Source of the DNA: Gammaproteobacteria bacterium
Lineage (GTDB): Bacteria; Pseudomonadota; Gammaproteobacteria; G965277405
Length of the DNA: 64,000 nt
Assembly (NCBI GenBank): GCA_965277405.1
Contig: OZ255726.1
Coordinates: 1,472,001 to 1,536,000, forward strand
Direction of reading: 5' to 3'
A program made the position numbers and the translations under genes. A model generated the notes under the pieces. The model did no database searches and was not told the DNA's origin. It saw only the letters and a program-made list of their open reading frames with translations. The stretch's first letter is position 1. The number at the start of each line of letters is the position of its first letter. Of this stretch, positions 10,256 to 19,434 are shown piece after piece.

Positions 10256-13200
10256 ATGAACAAACAGATATTATTTTTAGCGCTAGGACTATTAGCTATA
10301 GCAGGCTGTAACAGTGAAAGTAGCAGCGATAGTGAAACCAACAGTAGTAAAACCAACAGTAGCGAAACATCTGCATTAGCAATCCCAGACGCACCAACCA
10401 ATGTAAGCGCAGCAGCAGGTGATGTGGGAGGAGAAATAACCATTAGTTGGGATAGTGTCAGTGGTGTAGCTGCATATAATTTGTATTGGTCAATAACGGC
10501 TGGATCTGGTAAATCTGCCAGCAAAATATCGCGAGTAACCAGCCCATACACGCATACAGGGCTTGCAAATACAGAGACATACTATTACACGATAACCGCA
10601 AACAATGACGGCGGTGAGTCTAGCTTGAGTAGCGAAGTTGCGGCAACAGCAACTGTATCCAATAACGACGGTGAGTCTAGCTCAAGTAGCGAAACATCTG
10701 CATCAGCAACCCCAGATGCACCAACCAATGTAAGCGCAGTAGTTGGAGTTGGAGAAATAACCATTAGTTGGAATCCAGTATATAATGCCGACACATACAA
10801 TCTATATTGGGCAACAACAGCTGGGTATGGTAAATCTGCCAGCAAAATATCGCGAGTAACCAGCCCCTACACGCATACAGGGCTTGCAAATACAGGGACA
10901 TACTATTACACAATAACCGCAAACAATGACGGCGGTGAGTCTAGCTTGAGTAGCGAGGTTGCGGCAACAGCAACTGTATCCAATAACGACGGTGAGTCTA
11001 GCTCAAGTAGCGAAACATCTGCATCAGCAACCCCAGATGCACCAACCAATGTAAGCGCAGTAGTTGGAGTTGGAGAAATAACCATTAGTTGGAATCCAGT
11101 ATATAATGCCGACACATACAATCTATATTGGGCAACAACAGCTGGGTATGGTAAATCTGCCAGCAAAATATCTGAGGTAACCAGCCCATACCTGCATACT
11201 GGGCTTGTAAATTCAGAGACATACTATTACACAATAACCGCAAACAATGACGGCGGTGAGTCAAGCTTGAGTAGCGAAGTTACGGCAGGTCAAAATTATA
11301 CTAAGATTAAAACAATCTATGCAACCGCCGATGCTTTTGCCGGACTTACCTACGCTGGGGGCGTCGTTACTTGGGGGGGTTATACTAGCGGCGGAAATAG
11401 TTCATACGTGCAGCAACAACTGATTGACGTTAAAACAATCTATGCGACCAAGTACGGGGCTTTTGCAGCGCTGACAACCGCTGGGGGCGTCGTTACTTGG
11501 GGTGATAATCGTTACGGCGGCGATAGTTCAGGCGTGCAGGGTCAACTGAATAACGTTAAAGAAATATATGCAACCCTCGGGGCTTTTGCAGCGCTGACAA
11601 CCGCTGGGGGCGTCGTTACTTGGGGGGGGATTGGTTACGGCGGCGATAGTTCAGCGGTGCAGCCGCAACTGACTGACGTTACAGCAATCTATGCAGCCAA
11701 GTATGCTTTTGCCGCGCTTAAAAACGATGGGACTGTCGTTACTTGGGGTGATGAAGATTACGGCGGCAATAGTTCAGGCGTGCAGCAGCAACTGACTAAC
11801 GTTACAGCAATCTATGCAACCGATAGGGCTTTTGCCGCGCTGACCAACGCTGGGGGCGTCGTTACTTGGGGTGATGAAGATTACGGCGGCGATAGTGCAG
11901 CGGTGCAGCAGCAACTGACTAACGTTACAGCAATCTATGCAACCGATAGGGCTTTTGCCGCGCTGACCAACGCTGCGCGCGTCGTTACTTGGGGTGATGG
12001 GTATGACGGCGGCGATAGTTCAGCCGTGCAGGATCAACTGACTGACGTTAAAGCAATCTATGCAACCGAGGGAGCTTTTGCGGCGCTGACAAATGCTGGG
12101 GGCGTCGTTACTTGGGGGAAAGTGTCTGGTTGGGGGGGGAGCACGTATGACGGCGGCGATAGTTCAGCCGTGCAGGATCAACTGACTGACGTTACAGCAA
12201 TCTATGCAACCAACTGGGCTTTTGCTGCGCTTACCAACGCTAGGAGCGTCGTTACGTGGGGGAGAGAGAATGCTGGCGGCGATAGTTCAGCCGTGCAGGG
12301 TCAACTGACTAACCTTAAAGAAATCTATTCAAACAAGTATGCTTTTGCCGCGCTGACAACCGCTGGGGGCGTCGTTACTTGGGGTCATGAGGATTACGGC
12401 GGGATTAGTGCAGACGAGCAGCAGCAACTGACTAACGTTACAGCAATCTATGCAACCGACGATGCTTTTGCCGCGCTTACCAACGCTGGGCGTGTCGTTA
12501 CTTGGGGGAGATATTTTAATGGCGGCGATAGTTCAGCGGCGCAGCAGCAACTGCTCTCAGGAAGTGCACCAACCAATGTAAGCGCAGCAGCAGGTGATAG
12601 TGGGGGAGAAATAACCATTAGTTGGAATCCGGTATTTAATGCAGATTCATACAATCTATATTGGGCAACAACAGCGGGATATGGTAAATCTGCCAACAAA
12701 ATATCGCCAGTAACCAGCCCGTACACGCATACAGGTCTTGTAAATTCAGAGACATACTATTACACAATAACCGCGAACAATGACGGCGGTGAGTCTAGCT
12801 TAAGTAGCGAAGTTGCGGCAGGTCAAAATTATACTAATATTAAAACAATCTATTCAGCAGGCTCTGCTTTTGCCGCACTTACCAACGCTGGGGGCGTCGT
12901 TACCTGGGGGAATCAGTATTCTGGCGGCAATAGTTCAGGCGTGCAGGATCAACTGACTAACGTTAAAACGGTTTATTCAAACTGGCAGGGTTTTATAGCG
13001 CTTAAAAACGATGATACTGTCGTTACTTGGGGTGATGGGTATTTGCGCGGCAATAGTTCAGGCGTGCAGGATCAACTGACTAACGTTAAAGCAGTCTATG
13101 CAACCTACAACACGATCTCCCCGGCTTATGCCGCGGTTATAAACGATGGGACTGTCGTTACTTGGGGTGATGAGGATGCAGGAGGCGATAGTTCAGACGT

Positions 13201-14095
13201 GCAGGATCAACTGACTAACGTTAAAGAAATCTATTCAACCAGAAGGGCTTTTGCTGCGCTTACAAACGCTGGGGGCGTCGTTACTTGGGGTGATGATGAT
13301 TTCGGCGCCGATAGTTCAGGCGTGCAGGGTCAACTGACTAACATTAAAGCGATCTATTCAACTAATGAACGGGCTTTTGCGGCGCTTACAAACGATGGGG
13401 GCGTCGTTACTTGGGGGAGTGATTTTTGGGGTATTAAGTGGGGCGGCGATAGTTCAGGCGTGCAGCGTCAACTGACTAACGTTAAAGCAATCTATGCAAC
13501 ATACAGGAGTTTTGCTGCGCTCACTAACGATGGGCGCGTCGTTACTTGGGGTGCTGGGGGTGCTGGCGGCGATAGTGCAGGCTTGCAGGATCAACTGACT
13601 GACGTTAAAGAAATCTATACAATCGACTATGCTTTTGCTGCGCTTACCAACGCTGGGGGCGTCGTTACTTGGCCGAGTTTCAATCCAGGCGGCGATAGTT
13701 CAGGCGTGCAGGATCAATTGACTAACGTTAAAGCAATCTATGCAAACGGCGGGGCTTTTGCTGCGCTTACCAACGCTGGGGGCGTCGTTACTTGGGGTCT
13801 TGAGGATTACGCCAGGATTAGTGCAGACGAGCAGCAGCAACTGACTGACGTTACAGCAATCTATGCAACCGACTTTGCTTTTGCCGCGCTTAAAAACGAT
13901 GGGACTGTCGTTACTTGGGGTAATGAGGATTGGGGCGGCGATAGTTCAGGCGTGCAGGATCAACTGACTAACGTTACAGCAATCTATTCAAATTACTCGG
14001 CTTTTGCCGCGCTTACCAACGCTGGGCGTGTCGTTACTTGGGGGAGTGTGGGTGGCGGCGGCGATAGTTCAGCGGTGCAGCATCTACTGCACTAA
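10256..14095 (+). CDS. Variable repeat lipoprotein 2 (3 FN3 + 10 repeats + FN3 + 10 repeats)
   Basis: Same lipobox; near-perfect 321-bp FN3 duplication; second FN3-repeat module from about 12565. Confidence 0.85.
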   Translation: MNKQILFLALGLLAIAGCNSESSSDSETNSSKTNSSETSALAIPDAPTNVSAAAGDVGGEITISWDSVSGVAAYNLYWSITAGSGKSASKISRVTSPYTHTGLANTETYYYTITANNDGGESSLSSEVAATATVSNNDGESSSSSETSASATPDAPTNVSAVVGVGEITISWNPVYNADTYNLYWATTAGYGKSASKISRVTSPYTHTGLANTGTYYYTITANNDGGESSLSSEVAATATVSNNDGESSSSSETSASATPDAPTNVSAVVGVGEITISWNPVYNADTYNLYWATTAGYGKSASKISEVTSPYLHTGLVNSETYYYTITANNDGGESSLSSEVTAGQNYTKIKTIYATADAFAGLTYAGGVVTWGGYTSGGNSSYVQQQLIDVKTIYATKYGAFAALTTAGGVVTWGDNRYGGDSSGVQGQLNNVKEIYATLGAFAALTTAGGVVTWGGIGYGGDSSAVQPQLTDVTAIYAAKYAFAALKNDGTVVTWGDEDYGGNSSGVQQQLTNVTAIYATDRAFAALTNAGGVVTWGDEDYGGDSAAVQQQLTNVTAIYATDRAFAALTNAARVVTWGDGYDGGDSSAVQDQLTDVKAIYATEGAFAALTNAGGVVTWGKVSGWGGSTYDGGDSSAVQDQLTDVTAIYATNWAFAALTNARSVVTWGRENAGGDSSAVQGQLTNLKEIYSNKYAFAALTTAGGVVTWGHEDYGGISADEQQQLTNVTAIYATDDAFAALTNAGRVVTWGRYFNGGDSSAAQQQLLSGSAPTNVSAAAGDSGGEITISWNPVFNADSYNLYWATTAGYGKSANKISPVTSPYTHTGLVNSETYYYTITANNDGGESSLSSEVAAGQNYTNIKTIYSAGSAFAALTNAGGVVTWGNQYSGGNSSGVQDQLTNVKTVYSNWQGFIALKNDDTVVTWGDGYLRGNSSGVQDQLTNVKAVYATYNTISPAYAAVINDGTVVTWGDEDAGGDSSDVQDQLTNVKEIYSTRRAFAALTNAGGVVTWGDDDFGADSSGVQGQLTNIKAIYSTNERAFAALTNDGGVVTWGSDFWGIKWGGDSSGVQRQLTNVKAIYATYRSFAALTNDGRVVTWGAGGAGGDSAGLQDQLTDVKEIYTIDYAFAALTNAGGVVTWPSFNPGGDSSGVQDQLTNVKAIYANGGAFAALTNAGGVVTWGLEDYARISADEQQQLTDVTAIYATDFAFAALKNDGTVVTWGNEDWGGDSSGVQDQLTNVTAIYSNYSAFAALTNAGRVVTWGSVGGGGDSSAVQHLLH
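10508..11172 (+). repeat. Near-perfect 321-bp tandem duplication (FN3 + linker)
   Basis: Identical antisense ORFs at 10585-10845 and 10906-11166, offset 321; boundaries approximate. Confidence 0.85.
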
Positions 14096-14355
14096 GGAAG
14101 CTCTGAAAACCGCTGGTGCAGGCGTAGCATATACGCCAACGCATGCAACTCAGCAAGTACCGCTGCCGCAAACCAGCATATATTCAACACAACAACGGGA
14201 AAAAAGCGGAACTAACGGCGTTGCAGCACTTGGCAATACCCGCGTCCCCACCAGCACAAGCCCCACCAGTGTTAGCTGCGCACTGCGCCTTGCTATCCAT
14301 CAGCCATCAGCGTTGTTGCTCCGTCTCGCCCATCATGGACTTAATCAGAGCTTCC
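14096..14355 (+). mobile_element. MITE copy B, internal deletion near left end
   Basis: CTAA then GGAAGCTCTGA...TTAATCAGAGCTTCC. Confidence 0.85.
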
Positions 14356-14412
14356 ATAGGGGAAGAAGGAAAATGTATTCTTTTTTTTTGTGTAATTTGC
14401 TGCAAAGATGAT

Positions 14413-14441
14413 TTGTATCGTTTGAGGGTAAAACATATAGT
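14413..14441 (+). promoter_or_regulatory. Putative sigma70 promoter, lipoprotein 3
   Basis: TTGTAT-N17-TATAGT. Confidence 0.55.
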
Positions 14442-14489
14442 TTTAACAGCTATGATATTTAACAATTTTTTTATTTAGGGTGGAAAAAA

Positions 14490-17120
14490 ATGAACAAACA
14501 GATATTATTTTTAACACTAGCACTATTAGCTATAGCAGGGTGTAACGCTGAAAGTAGCAGCGATAGCGAAACCAACAGTAGTAAAACCAACAGTAGTAAA
14601 ACCAACAGTAGTAAAACCAACAGTAGTAAAACCAACAGTAGTAAAACCAACAGTAACGAAACTAGCAGTAACGAAACTAGCAGTAGCGAAACATCTGCAT
14701 CAGCAATCCCAGACGCACCAAGCAATGTAAGCGCAGCAGCTGGAGTTGGAGAAATAACCATTAGTTGGAATCCGGTATTTAATGCCGATTCATACAATCT
14801 ATATTGGGCAACAACCGCTGGGTATGGTAAATCTGCCAGCAAAATATCGCGAGTAACCAGCCCGTACACGCATACAGGGCGTTATGATGAATACACATAC
14901 TATTACACAATAACCGCAAACAATGGCGACGGTGAGTCTAGCTCGAGTAACGAAGTTGCGGCAACACCAACTGTATCCAATGACGGCTTTGAGTCTAGTT
15001 CCAGTAGCGAAGTTGCAGCAGGTCAAAATGATACTAAGATTCAAACATTCTATACAACCGACGGGGCTGCTGCCGTGCTTACAAACGCTGGGGGTGTCGT
15101 TACTTGGGGTGATGAGGATTACGGTGGCGATAGTTCAGGCGTGCAGCAGCAACTGACTAACGTTACAGCCATCTATGCAACCAACGGGGCTTTTGCCGTG
15201 CTTACAAACGCTGGGCGAGTCGTTACTTGGGGTGATGAGAATAACGGCGGTGATAGTGCAGCGGTGCAGCAGCAACTGACTAACGTTACAGCCATCTATG
15301 CAACCAACGGGGCTTTTGCGGCGCTTACAAGCGCTGGGACTGTCGTTACTTGGGGTGATCAGCATAGCGGCGGCGATAGTTCAGGCGTGCAGGGTCAACT
15401 GACTAACGTTACAGCAATCTATGCAACCGATGGGGCTTTTGCCGTGCTTACAAACGCTGGGGGCGTCGTTACTTGGGGGAGTGAGGAGGACGGCGGCGAT
15501 AGTGCAGCGGTGCAGCAGCTACTGAATAACGTTACAGCAATCTATGCAACCGATAGGGCTTTTGCCGCGCTGACCAACGCTGGGGGCGTCGTTACTTGGG
15601 GTGATGAAGATTACGGCGGCGATAGTTCAGCGGTGCAGCAGCAACTGACTAACGTTACAGCAATCTATTCAACCAGCTATGCTTTTGCCGCGCTTAAAAA
15701 CGATCGGAGTGTCGTTACTTGGGGTGATGTGGATTGGGGCGGCGATAGTTCAGCTGTGCAGCAGCAACTGACTAACGTTAAAGAAATCTATGCAACTGAA
15801 TGGGGTTTTGCGGCGCGTACAACCTTTGGGGGCGTCGTTACTTGGGGTGTTGATATTTACAGTGGCGGCGATAGTTCAGCGGTACAGCAGCAACTGACTA
15901 ACGTTAAAGAAATCTATGCAACCTTATTTGCTTTTGCCGCGCTGACAAACGCTGGGAGTGTCGTTACTTGGGGCCCCAATTTTGGCGGCGGCGATATTTC
16001 AGCGGTGCAGCTGCAACTGACAAACGTTAAAGAAATCTATGCAACTGGCTTAGCTTTTGCCGCGCTGACAAACGCTGGGGGTGTCGTTACTTGGGGGAGT
16101 GAGGATCACGGCGGCGATAGTTCAGGCGTGCAGCTGCAACTGACTAACGTTAAAGAAATCTATGCAACCACCTCTGCTTTTGCCGCACTTACCAACGATG
16201 GGACTGTCGTTACTTGGGGGAGTGAGGATGAAGGCGGCGATAGTTCAGCGGTGCAGCTGCAACTGACTAACGTTAAAGAAATCTATGCAACCTCCTCTGC
16301 TTTTGCCGCGCTTACAAACGCTGGGACTGTCGTTACTTGGGGGCGTAGCGGTGGCGATAGTTCAGCGGTGCAGCAGCAACTGACTAACGTTAAAGCAATC
16401 TATGCAACCAGCTATGCTTTTGCCGCGCTTAAAAACGATCGGAGTGTCGTTACTTGGGGTGATAATCGTTACGGCGGCGATAGTTCAGGCGTGCAGCATC
16501 TACTGACTAACGTTACAGCAATCTATGCAACCGACGATGCTTTTGCCGCGCTTACCGACGCTGGGGGCGTCGTTACTTGGGGTAATAATCGTTACGGCGG
16601 CGATAGTGCAGCGGTGCAGCAGCAACTGACTGACGTTAAAGCAATCTATTCAAACGACAGTGCTTTTGCCGCGCTTACAAACGCTGGGGGCGTCGTTACT
16701 TGGGGGGATAGTTATTTAGGCGGCGATAGTTCAGGCGTGCAGCATCTACTGACTAACGTTAAAGAAATCTATTCAACTTTCTTTGCTTTTGCCGCACTTA
16801 CCAACGCTGGGGGCGTCGTTACTTGGGGGAGTGATGATTTGGGCGGCGGCGATAGTTCAGCGGTGCAGCAACAACTGACTAACGTTAAAGAAATCTATTC
16901 AACTTTCTTTGCTTTTGCCGCACTTACCAACGCTGGAGGCGTCGTTACTTGGGGGAACAATTTTAGCGGCGGCGATAGTTCAGCGGTGCAGCAACAACTG
17001 ACTAACGTTAAAGAAATCTATTCAACTTTATTTGCTTTTGCCGCACTTACCAACGCTGGGGGCGTCGTTACTTGGGGGAGTGATTGGAGAGGAGGCGATA
17101 GTTCACCGGTGCAGTTTTAA
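14490..17120 (+). CDS. Variable repeat lipoprotein 3 (FN3 + 17 repeats)
   Basis: Lipobox IAGC, (TNSSK)x5 linker, FN3, 17 counted repeats. Confidence 0.85.
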   Translation: MNKQILFLTLALLAIAGCNAESSSDSETNSSKTNSSKTNSSKTNSSKTNSSKTNSNETSSNETSSSETSASAIPDAPSNVSAAAGVGEITISWNPVFNADSYNLYWATTAGYGKSASKISRVTSPYTHTGRYDEYTYYYTITANNGDGESSSSNEVAATPTVSNDGFESSSSSEVAAGQNDTKIQTFYTTDGAAAVLTNAGGVVTWGDEDYGGDSSGVQQQLTNVTAIYATNGAFAVLTNAGRVVTWGDENNGGDSAAVQQQLTNVTAIYATNGAFAALTSAGTVVTWGDQHSGGDSSGVQGQLTNVTAIYATDGAFAVLTNAGGVVTWGSEEDGGDSAAVQQLLNNVTAIYATDRAFAALTNAGGVVTWGDEDYGGDSSAVQQQLTNVTAIYSTSYAFAALKNDRSVVTWGDVDWGGDSSAVQQQLTNVKEIYATEWGFAARTTFGGVVTWGVDIYSGGDSSAVQQQLTNVKEIYATLFAFAALTNAGSVVTWGPNFGGGDISAVQLQLTNVKEIYATGLAFAALTNAGGVVTWGSEDHGGDSSGVQLQLTNVKEIYATTSAFAALTNDGTVVTWGSEDEGGDSSAVQLQLTNVKEIYATSSAFAALTNAGTVVTWGRSGGDSSAVQQQLTNVKAIYATSYAFAALKNDRSVVTWGDNRYGGDSSGVQHLLTNVTAIYATDDAFAALTDAGGVVTWGNNRYGGDSAAVQQQLTDVKAIYSNDSAFAALTNAGGVVTWGDSYLGGDSSGVQHLLTNVKEIYSTFFAFAALTNAGGVVTWGSDDLGGGDSSAVQQQLTNVKEIYSTFFAFAALTNAGGVVTWGNNFSGGDSSAVQQQLTNVKEIYSTLFAFAALTNAGGVVTWGSDWRGGDSSPVQF
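14569..14655 (+). repeat. 15-bp in-frame tandem repeat AAACCAACAGTAGTA (TNSSK)
   Basis: Five full units plus a partial, against one plus a partial in paralogues 1, 2 and 5. Confidence 0.9.
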
Positions 17121-17129
17121 CAGCACCCA

Positions 17130-17433
17130 GGAAGCGCTGATTAAGTCGCTGAGTGAGCGAGTTAGCCAGCAATTGCTGATGACTGCAAGGCGCATTCCGC
17201 AGGCGCATGCCGTAGCATATACGCCAAGGGATGCAACACAGCAAGTAGCGCTGCCGCAAACCCAAAGTATATGCAACACAACGACGGGAAACAAGCGCTA
17301 CTAACGTCGTTGCAGCACTTGGGCAATACCCGCACGTCCCCACCAGTGTTAGCTGCGCACTGCGCCTTGCTATCCATCAGCCATCGAGCGTTTTTGCCGC
17401 GTTTCGCCCGTCATGGACTTAATCAGAGGTGCC
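17130..17433 (+). mobile_element. MITE copy C
   Basis: GGAAGCGCTGATTAA...TTAATCAGAGGTGCC. Confidence 0.85.
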
Positions 17434-17490
17434 ATATGAGGAAGCGGGGAAATGTATTCCTTTTTTTGTGTAATTTGCTGCAAAGATGAT

Positions 17491-17519
17491 TTGTATAGTT
17501 TGAGTGAAAAACATATAGT
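17491..17519 (+). promoter_or_regulatory. Putative sigma70 promoter, lipoprotein 4
   Basis: TTGTAT-N17-TATAGT. Confidence 0.5.
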
Positions 17520-17565
17520 TTTAACAGATATGATATTTAACAATATTTTTATTTCTGGTGGGAAA

Positions 17566-19003
17566 ATGAACAAACAGATATTATTTTTAACGCTCGGACT
17601 ATTAGCTATAGTAGGCTGTAACAGCGATAGTTCAGCGGTGCAGCAGCAATTGACTAACGTTACAGCAATCTATGCAACCAACGGGGCTTTTGCCGCGCTT
17701 ACAGATGGTTAGCGGCGGCGATAGTGCAGAGGTGCGGCAGCAACTGACTAACGTTAAAACAATCTATGCAAACGAGTATGCTTTTGCCGCACTTACCAAC
17801 GCTGGAGGCGTCGTTACTTGGGGGTCTGAGGAATTCGGCGGCGAAAGTTCAAGGGTGCAGCAGCAACTGACTAACGTTACAGCAATCTATGCAACCAACC
17901 ATACTTTTGCCGCGCTTAAAAACGATGGGACTGTCGTTACTTGGGGTAATGAGGGTGGGGATGGCGATAGTGCAGAGGTGCAGCAGCAACTGACTAACGT
18001 TACAGCAATCTATGCAGCCGAGTATGTTTTTGCCGCACTTACCAACGCTGGTGGCGTAGTTACTTGGGGGAGTGAGGATTTCGGCGGCGATAGTTCAATG
18101 GTGCAGCAGCAACTGACTAACGTTACAGCAATCTATGCAACCAACGGGGCTTTTGCCGCGCTTACAACCGCTGGGGGCGTCGTGACTTGGGGGAGATGGG
18201 ATGACGGCGGCAATAGTTCAGGCGTGCAGCAGCAACTGACTAACGTTAAAGAAATCTATGCAACCAAGTACGGGGCTTTTGCCGCGCTTACCAACGCTGG
18301 ACGTGTCGTTGCTTGGGGGAGTCAGGATTTCGGCGGCGATAGTGCAGAGGTGCAGCAGCAACTGACTAACGTTAAAGAAATCTATGCAAACAAGTATGCT
18401 TTTGCGGCGCTTAAAAACGATGGGACTGTCGTTACTTGGGGGAGTGAGGATTATGGCGGTAATAGTTCAGTCGTGCAGCAGCAACTGACTAACGTTACAG
18501 CAATCTATGCAACCGACTATGCTTTTGCAGCGATTACCAACGCTGGGGGCGTCGTTACTTGGGGGAGTGAGGATGCCGGCGGCGATAGTTCAGACGTGCA
18601 GCAGCAACTGACTAACGTTAAAGAAATCTATGCAACCGGCGAGGCTTTTGCGGCGATTACCAACGCTGGGGGCGTCGTTACTTGGGGTAATGATGATTAC
18701 GGCAGCGATAGTTCAGGCGTGCAGCAGCAACTGGCTAACGTTAAAGCAATCTATTCAACCGTCAGGGCTTTTGCGGCGCTTACCAATGCTGGGGGCGTCG
18801 TTACTTGGGGTAACGCTGGGGGCGTCGTTACTTGGGGTAATGATGATTACGGCAGCGATAGTGCAGCGGTGCAGCAGCAACTGGCTAACGTTACAGCAAT
18901 CTATGCAACCGACAGGGCTTTTGCCGCGCTTAAAAACGATGGGACTGTCGTTACTTGGGGTGATGTGGATTACGGCGGCGATAGTTCATATTACTTGGGG
19001 TGA
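17566..19003 (+). pseudogene. Variable repeat lipoprotein 4: FN3 deleted, frameshifted near 17705, 10 repeats plus a partial
   Basis: Signal peptide joined directly to a repeat, stop at 17712, repeats continue in another frame. Confidence 0.8.
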
Positions 19004-19030
19004 TGTGGATTACGGCGGCGATAGTTCATA
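18951..19030 (+). repeat. Perfect 40-bp tandem duplication
   Basis: TTACTTGGGGTGATGTGGATTACGGCGGCGATAGTTCATA twice. Confidence 0.9.
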
Positions 19031-19034
19031 TTGG

Positions 19035-19300
19035 TGATTGCAAGGCGCAAACCGCTGAGCGCATGACCTAGCTATACGCCAACGCATGCAACTCAGCAAG
19101 TACCGCTGCCGCAAACCAGCATATATTCAACACAACAACGGGAATAAAGCGGAACTAACGGCGTTGCAGCACTTGGCAATACCCGCACGTCCCCACCAGC
19201 ACAAGCCCCACCAGTGTTAGCTGCGCACTGCGCCTTGCTATCCATCAGCCATCAGCGTTGTTGCTCCGTCTCGCCCATCATGGACTTAATCAGAGCTTCC
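19035..19300 (+). mobile_element. MITE copy D, left end deleted
   Basis: Internal MITE sequence ending TTAATCAGAGCTTCC. Confidence 0.8.
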
Positions 19301-19357
19301 ATAGGGGAAGAAGGAAAATGTATTCCTTTTTTTTGTGTAATTTGCTGCAAAGATGAT

Positions 19358-19386
19358 TTGTATCGTTTGAGTGAAAAACATATAGT
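19358..19386 (+). promoter_or_regulatory. Putative sigma70 promoter, lipoprotein 5
   Basis: TTGTAT-N17-TATAGT. Confidence 0.5.
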
Positions 19387-19434
19387 TTTAACAGCTATGA
19401 TATTTAACAATTTTTTTATTTAGGGTGGAAAAAA

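Noticed and set aside
9805-19300. Integron cassette array with attC sites
   Set aside because: Spacers carry IS5-type ends, genes have their own promoter-like leaders, and no integron integrase is seen
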